From the NCBI GenBank assembly GCA_012799825.1, contig JAAZKK010000082.1, forward strand, positions 1 through 58,620: a stretch of 58,620 bases of DNA. The letters are read 5' to 3'. The stretch comes from Clostridiaceae bacterium. GTDB lineage: Bacteria; Bacillota; Clostridia; Saccharofermentanales; DTU023. The translations under genes and the position numbers were made by a program. A model generated the notes under the pieces. The model was not told the DNA's origin and did not search any database. It worked only from the letters and a program-made list of their open reading frames with translations. Shown here piece by piece: positions 8,744-15,449 of the stretch (its first letter is position 1; every line of letters begins with the position of its first letter).

Positions 8744-10192
8744 ATGTACAATTTTGAACATTATCTGACTAGACGATTTATCTCAAATAGTTCTTATTAT
8801 CTAAGAAAAGATGAGCTCCAGTTTTACCCTTTTTTAAACCAAAAGTTCTTAAAAGCAATCTTGGATGAAAATCCAATTGAAATTAGAGAGTCAGTTCAAG
8901 AACAACTCCCTTGTCCTCTTACAGTTATTCTTGGTCAGCTTTTACTTTATTCAGACATGATTCATAAAGTGATTGACAAACTACAACACATGATCCGTGA
9001 TGTCGATCAAGGCAACATTTCGGTTGCCGACCTTGTGTACGATTTCTTTTCATTTGTCATCAATACATTTGAGAATCCGGACAATCCGATATTCGCATCT
9101 TTTATTGACTATAATTGGTTATGTGCAAGCTTTCGGCCAGAACGTTCCACGGATGAATTTTCCGAGTTAGCTGAGAATATTGAATATTTTTCATCGTTTG
9201 CAGGTCATAAGCGTTTCATTGATGAAATAACAAGCAACTTAACGGACACAGAATTAATCGCCTATTCAAAAGAATTAATATATGCGAATGGTCACGAACT
9301 CGGAGAAAATAACAATATACAGCAATACTTGTATCACATCGCAGACGTGTTCTTAATAAATTATGAAACGTCACCGGATGAAATGACGACCGACGATTTT
9401 ATTATCTCAGCTCAAAGCGCAATAAGTATACTCAACAGCATTCTGGACAACAAACTTAGCTTGAAATACAAGAACATTGATCATGTGACCTTTATTAAAA
9501 AAATGAGGCCTATTCTTCGAAAAGATTACTCTTTTATTTCGGAGATCGTTTCCATCAACGGATTTCTTGATTCCGGGCTTTCAGAAAGAAGTAAAGCCAT
9601 CTTTTTAGCTGACTTAAAAGCCGAATATATCATTCGATTTTGGAAATCATTAAAAGAAAGATCCGAGGAAATATATGACAAATACATTTTCTTTAAACAC
9701 TTTAATGGATCTGTCGAATTGTCGAATTATATTCGCAAACACAATTTCCCTCATATTAATAAGAATGCTGCTAATTTCTACAAGAAAATTAATAACTCGG
9801 ATTTAGTTTCTTGGTCAGATCTTGCTGCTTATCTATGGCTAGCAGAAAATGATATCAATATGGAGTTGCTGCTTTATCAATGCATGGATGAAATTAATAG
9901 TGAAGTTATCGTAAATAGACGACATATTTTCCCCTACTATCTAGAATTGGCGGATCAACGAATCATCGTGTTGGAAGAGTACTCAGGAGCTAAATTAGGT
10001 TATGATAACCCGTATGCCAAGAAGTCGACATACAGAAATTTAGAGTATCAATTCTGGGATGCCGAGACACGCTGTTTCGTGAAAAGAAAAGTCCAATTCC
10101 ACCGCGAACCTATAACAGGTGAATGTTACGAGACGTATGAGCCTAGAGCAATCTATGTCCCCTACATACCCCATCTCCCTTACCTGTTGTAG
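8744..10192 (+). CDS. hypothetical protein (482 aa), no recognisable domain
   Basis: Long ORF in an AT-rich island. GAGGAG Shine-Dalgarno sequence lies 9 nt before the ATG. It is on the same strand as, and 108 nt downstream of, the solitary leader-repeat unit. Confidence 0.75.
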   Translation: MYNFEHYLTRRFISNSSYYLRKDELQFYPFLNQKFLKAILDENPIEIRESVQEQLPCPLTVILGQLLLYSDMIHKVIDKLQHMIRDVDQGNISVADLVYDFFSFVINTFENPDNPIFASFIDYNWLCASFRPERSTDEFSELAENIEYFSSFAGHKRFIDEITSNLTDTELIAYSKELIYANGHELGENNNIQQYLYHIADVFLINYETSPDEMTTDDFIISAQSAISILNSILDNKLSLKYKNIDHVTFIKKMRPILRKDYSFISEIVSINGFLDSGLSERSKAIFLADLKAEYIIRFWKSLKERSEEIYDKYIFFKHFNGSVELSNYIRKHNFPHINKNAANFYKKINNSDLVSWSDLAAYLWLAENDINMELLLYQCMDEINSEVIVNRRHIFPYYLELADQRIIVLEEYSGAKLGYDNPYAKKSTYRNLEYQFWDAETRCFVKRKVQFHREPITGECYETYEPRAIYVPYIPHLPYLL

Positions 10193-10217
10193 CTGATCTC
10201 ATTCCTCATCGAGAACG

Positions 10218-10685
10218 CTATTCTGCCAACCATATTATTAAAATCCCAACTATCCAAAAAAAACAGTACTCTATGAGTTTTTTAGAATCATTTCGGCAAT
10301 CATTAGTCACTTTCATTTTTTTTATGAAACCTAGTTCTAAGATCTCATAAAGAACTACTCCGTACAACATACGCAGTTGCCGTCGATGATATGGGTCTGT
10401 AGCCGGTTTAGAATCTTTCAAGTGACGAGCGGCTTCGAAACACATCTCTTTGATTATTTCATCACTCCATCCGCTTTCTTCACGGATTTGACGGAGAAAT
10501 GCAAGCATTTCAGATCGATGATGATAGTAACCATTTTCCATGTCGTTCGGCAAATAAATTATTAGCGAGAGAAGATCAAAACGATGAATCATCTCTTCGA
10601 TGATAAGACTTCTTTGGAGCTCATCATAATTTGATTCGTCGCTGTCAGTACCTTCACCGTTGTGTTTCGATATTCTCATGCCCAT
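10218..10685 (-). CDS. hypothetical small protein (155 aa) with a single C-terminal transmembrane helix
   Basis: AGGTGA Shine-Dalgarno sequence 6 nt before the ATG. Acidic N-terminus and a C-terminal hydrophobic stretch, YCFFWIVGILIIWLA. Convergent with the 482-aa gene across a 25-nt gap. Confidence 0.6.
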   Translation of the reverse strand: MGMRISKHNGEGTDSDESNYDELQRSLIIEEMIHRFDLLSLIIYLPNDMENGYYHHRSEMLAFLRQIREESGWSDEIIKEMCFEAARHLKDSKPATDPYHRRQLRMLYGVVLYEILELGFIKKMKVTNDCRNDSKKLIEYCFFWIVGILIIWLAE

Positions 10686-10952
10686 TGTTTTTCACCTGAC
10701 ACTGTTTTCTGATTAACAATAGTACGATTGATTTAGTATAAACAGTTTCTTCCATTCGAAAATAATCACTTCTTTATCAGATGTCTGCTCTATGTTTTTA
10801 CACATTCCTCGGGTATTATCAGGCGACTCTATGGGTCTTATTTCTTTAGATCTAAGATAGTACCACTCCGCTTTGTCAGGCTAGACATGTTCATAGTAAA
10901 AGTCTCCTGGTTTTGTGACGTGCTTTCACATCTTTGAAATATCCGAGTTAGT

Positions 10953-12743
10953 CTAATTCTCAAATTTGCTTAAAAGAAAATTGGTAATGCCCAGATACGC
11001 TTCATACTTCTTGGGATTTGCTTGATAGAGACGCTCGTAAATCTCCTTCGATTGCAGATGACACGCTTTCGCTTTATTAAACTGGCCTTGGTCATCATAA
11101 AAAAGCCCTAAAATATCGCAAGTCGCGGCAAGATCCTCTCCAAAGCGATCGGGATTCTGCCGAAACAATTGCTCTATTATTTTCTTTGATTGGAGATAAT
11201 ACTGTTCCGCTATTTCAAGCTGACCTTGATCATCATATAAAACACCAAGATTGCCATAAATTGTCGCAAGATCCTCTTCATGGAGATCGGGATTCAACTG
11301 CGATAAACGCTCTCTAATTTCCATCGCTTGAAGAAAGCATCTTATCGATTCCTCAAACTGAGTTTGCTTATAGTAATGTGTCCCCAAATTCTTGCAAGAT
11401 AAAGCCAGATCTCCCTCATAAAAACCATGGCCATTCTTAGCGAGATATTCTCTGATCTCCCTTGATTTCAGATAAGATTTCTCCGCTTTGTCCGCTAGAC
11501 CTTGTTTACAGTATAGAGTTCCAAGAAGATCGAATAAGGTCGCGCGGTCCTTTTGTAGAGGATTTTCTAAATCGTATGTTTTCTCAAGCTTTTCTGCTAT
11601 TTGAATCGATTTTTGAACTTTGTTATGTTTCAGAAGGTATACTGCATATTCATAGACGGCATCAAACTCGATACTTTCCCTCAAGGCTACCTTGGTAATC
11701 TTTTCGTAGCAATCAGTAATGTCATCAAAGCAAGCAATGTAGCCCACCATGGTTCCTAGGATATCTATCCTCGTCCGGTATTCGCGGATGTAACGTGACG
11801 ATAGTGTCTTAATCTCTTCTTCCTCACCTTGCTTTCGTTTTTCGTAATCATCGTCTATTTCTTTCGGATCCAGAATACGGAGACAGCCATAGCAGTCTCC
11901 GCGCTCGAATAACGAATACGCCTTGCTCTGTCGTACCGTCACATCACCACTTAGTATTCCTCGACTCATTGACAAGGTCACCTCAAAGATCAGCTTTTCG
12001 AGCTCATTAATTTCATCGATCAAAGACTGCCGATCCACAGCAAGTTGTTCATACATCTCTTCTGCCTGAACATCCAACTTGCCCACAGTATACTTCGCTT
12101 TTTCGGCATAGTACTTTAGATTGATCTTCTCTAATTTCATTTTCAGGCTTTGTAGCGGAGCATGATTGAAAAATTCGTCAACTTTATTTAACGACAGATC
12201 ATCTTCTCCAATTTCAATTCCCTCAATCCAAATCTTCCCGGATGTCACAATAAGGTTGATATGATCGCCACTTAATATTTTCAGTGCCTGTAAAATTCGC
12301 AACTTCACCGTCTCGATATCACTAAAACGATCGCTATAGTATTCATACTTTTTTTCCAAAAGTTTGCGAAATTCCAAAGTACTTTGATTAAACCCTTCTT
12401 CGCCGGTCGTTTCTTTAAAAGAGATATAGACCTTGGGCTTTCCACACTTTCGGAAGGCTCCGATCGCCTTCTCACTCCCCTCGACTGCGAATTGTCCTGT
12501 GCGCGTAAAGAAGATAAATAAACTCAGGTCACTGCTACGTAGTTGTTCATTGTAACCATCTTGTTTCCGAGACAGATAGACCGCATCGTCAGAGGCATCA
12601 CAGATAAGAAGTTCAAACTCGATTCTGCACCGATCCTTAAGTAAAGCACTCATGCGTCTAATAAAAAGTTCGATCGTTTTTCGTTCACTCTGAAAATCAA
12701 TAAGCGAAGGGCCAAGGAAGATTGTGATGCTTTTTTTGACCAT
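10953..12743 (-). CDS. TIR-like/DUF4062-like N-terminal domain + coiled coil + TPR-repeat protein (596 aa)
   Basis: The N-terminus (ITIFLGPSLIDFQSERK ... SDLSLFIFFTRTGQFAVEGSEKAIGAFRKCGKPKVYISFKE) follows the beta-alpha pattern of DUF4062/TIR-like domains. The C-terminal third has at least 4 TPR-like units (LGTLYCKQGLADKAEKSY, LGTHYYKQTQFEESIRCF, LGVLYDDQGQLEIAEQYY, LGLFYDDQGQFNKAKACH). Confidence 0.65.
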   Translation of the reverse strand: MVKKSITIFLGPSLIDFQSERKTIELFIRRMSALLKDRCRIEFELLICDASDDAVYLSRKQDGYNEQLRSSDLSLFIFFTRTGQFAVEGSEKAIGAFRKCGKPKVYISFKETTGEEGFNQSTLEFRKLLEKKYEYYSDRFSDIETVKLRILQALKILSGDHINLIVTSGKIWIEGIEIGEDDLSLNKVDEFFNHAPLQSLKMKLEKINLKYYAEKAKYTVGKLDVQAEEMYEQLAVDRQSLIDEINELEKLIFEVTLSMSRGILSGDVTVRQSKAYSLFERGDCYGCLRILDPKEIDDDYEKRKQGEEEEIKTLSSRYIREYRTRIDILGTMVGYIACFDDITDCYEKITKVALRESIEFDAVYEYAVYLLKHNKVQKSIQIAEKLEKTYDLENPLQKDRATLFDLLGTLYCKQGLADKAEKSYLKSREIREYLAKNGHGFYEGDLALSCKNLGTHYYKQTQFEESIRCFLQAMEIRERLSQLNPDLHEEDLATIYGNLGVLYDDQGQLEIAEQYYLQSKKIIEQLFRQNPDRFGEDLAATCDILGLFYDDQGQFNKAKACHLQSKEIYERLYQANPKKYEAYLGITNFLLSKFEN

Positions 12744-12840
12744 ATTTATAGACCCACTCTACAGAACTTTTGAAATAGTAAACCCCATTTCTAAAATTTA
12801 TTATACCGTCTTTATTCCAGTATTTCTGTCGTAATCTTTT

Positions 12841-12943
12841 CCGCTCTTTCCTGCTAACCTCGTGCTTGGCAAGTTTTCACGCGTCGACACAAACCATATG
12901 CTTTTGTTGTGACCGCTTTCCTGCTAACCTCGTTCTTTGCAAG
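12841..12943. repeat. two direct copies of a ~31-nt element, 70-nt period, in the promoter region of the TIR-like/TPR gene
   Basis: CCGCTCTTTCCTGCTAACCTCGTGCTTGGCAAG (12841-12873) versus CCGCTTTCCTGCTAACCTCGTTCTTTGCAAG (12913-12943). The 17-nt core TTTCCTGCTAACCTCGT is identical in both. Confidence 0.55.
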
Positions 12944-13027
12944 ATACTCCTATATGGCAACAAGCTACGGCCGGATTCTTTTCATAGCACTCCTCGTAGC
13001 TTTTAGGAAGATGCGCAACGAATTCTT

Positions 13028-13945
13028 CTATTCATCCTCCATTCCTGTCATTCTCAAACGATATTCACTTAACCTAGTGTCATTCTCTTGCCATTCTCGA
13101 TATTTCATCCACAGAGGATGGTTGCTGAAGATCTCGTAATCGCTTATTTCTCCAACATCTTCAGGTTTACGATTTCCCAAATGATGCGAATAGCGAGACA
13201 AGCTAAAATAGAAATGCATTTCCTTCCCGCGAACATACAGAGCAATGTCACGGTCGAAGGAATCGTCCATGTATCCCCTTAAAAAGCCTTTGCACTGGAA
13301 CTTCTTATCACTCCCACTAGTGTCTTCCACAGAAAGTATTACCAGTTCCGCCTCGGATCCATTTTCAAGTAAGAGCTGCAGCCGTTTACCAAGCTCATTT
13401 TCAAAATTCGGCAAGATGCTCCCTTGTGCTATCAGGCTCGTTACACAAACATCGGAAGAAAAAGCATAGGTGTGTAATACACGTAACCCAGGAAATGTGA
13501 TTCTTTCCGGAAGAGGATAAGGCTTCAATAATTCTATCGGATAATAGATGCCATCCATCCACGAAAGCACCTCCTGACGCACCTTTGCCGACGTCCCCTT
13601 CCCGTCTGAGAGAGTAATAAGCCAAGGTGTTTCATGTTTTTCCACAAGCGGCACGCCCTCATGGAAATGTTTCCAGTCTTTACAAAACGCCAAATACACC
13701 TCTTCCGATTGAAATTCGAATAAGACCCGTCCATAAGGACTACGACACTGCTTTGCATCCAACCCCAAGCTTTGAAGCTTCTCTCGCAGATCAATGGCAC
13801 TCTCAAGTAAACATTCAATATATTTTGAGCTATTCAATAGCCCCATGGAATATCGCATGTTCAAATGCTGGCACTTAGCGATTTCTTCATTGCGATATTC
13901 TTTCAGTCCGTTCAAGTACAGCTCCTCTGATGTCTGTGCATTCAT
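13028..13945 (-). CDS. hypothetical protein (305 aa), no recognisable domain
   Basis: GAAGGAG Shine-Dalgarno sequence 9 nt before the ATG. Transcribed divergently from the CRISPR leader, with which it shares a 460-bp control region. Confidence 0.65.
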   Translation of the reverse strand: MNAQTSEELYLNGLKEYRNEEIAKCQHLNMRYSMGLLNSSKYIECLLESAIDLREKLQSLGLDAKQCRSPYGRVLFEFQSEEVYLAFCKDWKHFHEGVPLVEKHETPWLITLSDGKGTSAKVRQEVLSWMDGIYYPIELLKPYPLPERITFPGLRVLHTYAFSSDVCVTSLIAQGSILPNFENELGKRLQLLLENGSEAELVILSVEDTSGSDKKFQCKGFLRGYMDDSFDRDIALYVRGKEMHFYFSLSRYSHHLGNRKPEDVGEISDYEIFSNHPLWMKYREWQENDTRLSEYRLRMTGMEDE

Positions 13946-14194
13946 TCTGTAACGCTCCTTCGATTATGCAAACTTTAAACGATTGCGGACAATATTGCTA
14001 TTCGCTCTCCCATGATGTTAATCAAGTCTATCACCCGCAAAAAATTGGAATTGTCACATAAACATTATCACTGGGTTGTCGAGTAAAATAAAGCTTATCC
14101 TTACATAGTTTTGGTTCAATCATCTTTTGGCACGGCACTGTCAAGGATCTTTCGCAGATTGGGCTTGTAATGGTTTATTCCAATATAATCGACT

Positions 14195-14408
14195 AAAAAG
14201 TCCGTCAATCGATCTAGCTTGATATTTCAGCCTTTGCGTGACTTTTTCTGTAGCAAAATGAGGAGAAAATGGCCTAAAAGTTGCCATTTTCGATCAAAAA
14301 GTCCGTCGATCTCCTGAACAAGAACTCACAAAATGGACGAAGTGGAAATAAGCTTGATATATCAAGGAAAATAAGTCATTGATGAAAAAACGATTGACGG
14401 AGTTTTTT
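14195..14408. repeat. three copies of a 17-nt motif (two direct, one inverted) in the leader-proximal intergenic region
   Basis: AAAAAGTCCGTCAATCG at 14195-14211. AAAAAGTCCGTC(-)GATCT at 14296-14312. Reverse complement AAAAACTCCGTCAATCG at 14391-14407, abutting the conserved leader. Confidence 0.45.
14353..14366. promoter_or_regulatory. perfect 14-bp palindrome, candidate operator
   Basis: CTTGATATATCAAG is its own reverse complement. It lies about 55 nt upstream of the leader TATAAT. The half-site AGCTTGAT recurs at 14216 and, inverted, near 8510 upstream of the other leader copy. Confidence 0.35.
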
Positions 14409-14474
14409 AAGGAAAAAGTGTGTATAATGAGGATAATGAGAAAGAGCAGAGAGTATAAGGGCCTTTTCTCGAGT
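14406..14474 (+). promoter_or_regulatory. CRISPR leader (conserved segment, TATAAT at 14423-14428)
   Basis: AT-rich sequence directly upstream of repeat 1 and duplicated at 8539-8607. The degenerate repeats lie at the far end of the array, which supports + strand transcription. Confidence 0.7.
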
Positions 14475-15075
14475 CTTTAACCTTACCTATGAGGAATTGA
14501 TACCTCTCTAGGCAAGTAGACAATAAAATCGCGACCTACTTTAACCTTACCTATGAGGAATTGATACTATCAGGCTTCAGAAGATGTTTTTTCCTGTCAA
14601 ACCCTTTAACCTTACCTATGAGGAATTGATACATTTCGTGCCGTCTCTCTGCATCTTTATAATTTTCTTTAACCTTACCTATGAGGAATTGATACAGTTT
14701 GCCGCAAGCTGATTTAATTTCGATGGGCTTCTTTAACCTTACCTATGAGGAATTGATACGTTAAGGCGACTAAGGTTATAGTGCCGAGGATTTTCTTTAA
14801 CCTTACCTATGAGGAATTGATACGCTTGTACAAAGATAGTTCCAAAACTTTCTTTATCTTTAACCTTACCTATGAGGAATTGATACCTTAAAGCGTTCCC
14901 ATTTAAAGCGACTAGCCTTGCTTTAACCTTATCTATGAGGAATTGATACACGTCAACGGTCAGCGACTTATCTGCGATGCTCCTTTAACCTTACCTATGA
15001 GGAATTGATACGCGAGCCTCTCCAAGAAAAAGATGATCGTAAAGGTCTTTAACCTTACCTATGAGGAATTGATAT
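14475..15075 (+). CRISPR. CRISPR array: 10 repeats of 29 nt (30 nt if a usually-T preceding base is included) and 9 unique spacers of 33-36 nt
   Basis: Repeat CTTTAACCTTACCTATGAGGAATTGATAC starts at 14475, 14539, 14604, 14667, 14731, 14795, 14858, 14921, 14983 and 15047. Repeat 8 has one C>T change at 14932. The last repeat ends in T instead of C. The 3' end ATTGATAC resembles the ATTGAAAC-type 8-nt crRNA handle. Confidence 0.95.
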
Positions 15076-15449
15076 GTTATATTCAGAGATGTTAAGATCT
15101 CATGATCTTTTGAGATCACTTAGTAGAACCTAATCTGAGTAATTGCGAAGCAAATCAAAAGTCATTATCTTGTCGTTACAAATGATTGAGGCTTTTATGA
15201 TTTGAATATACTGTTGAAGATGAGGATATTACCTTTTTTCTTTTCCTTTAATTTTTGCTTGCTCGACAACTCGATAAAGAATGATGAAGCCATGTCTGTT
15301 TAAAATGATGCGATACATATCGTTCCTTGGAATGTTCTGAGAAAAATGAAAAAGATATCGGGAAATTAGACAAAGGCAAACAGGGGTAATAAGTTTCGCG
15401 GTTCATCCAGATGACTTTGGCACTGAGCAAAACACCTATTGCGATAAAC

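Noticed and set aside
8744-13945. Calling the four cassette ORFs cas genes
   Set aside because: I cannot recognise any Cas1/Cas2, Cas6/RAMP glycine-rich loop, HD, RuvC, HNH or helicase motif by eye. Linkage to the array is positional only, so they are reported as hypothetical.
14258-14317. 19-codon micro-ORF (MRRKWPKSCHFRSKSPSIS) in the leader-proximal region
   Set aside because: It has no convincing Shine-Dalgarno spacing, it overlaps the hairpin and motif copies, and it is too short to support.
14760-14920. Spacers 5 and 7 share a TAA(G/A)GCGACTA(A/G) core
   Set aside because: Only about 11 of 14 positions match, with no extension. This is most likely coincidence or related protospacers and cannot be evaluated without database searches.
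14739-14951. 70-aa minus-strand ORF with the repeated peptide YQFLIGKVK
   Set aside because: It lies entirely inside the CRISPR array. The periodic peptide is just the translated repeat, so it is not a gene.
8539-15211. Annotating the island as a mobile element
   Set aside because: No integrase, transposase, recombinase or tRNA target is visible. The flanking direct repeats are CRISPR leader-repeat copies, not demonstrable att sites.
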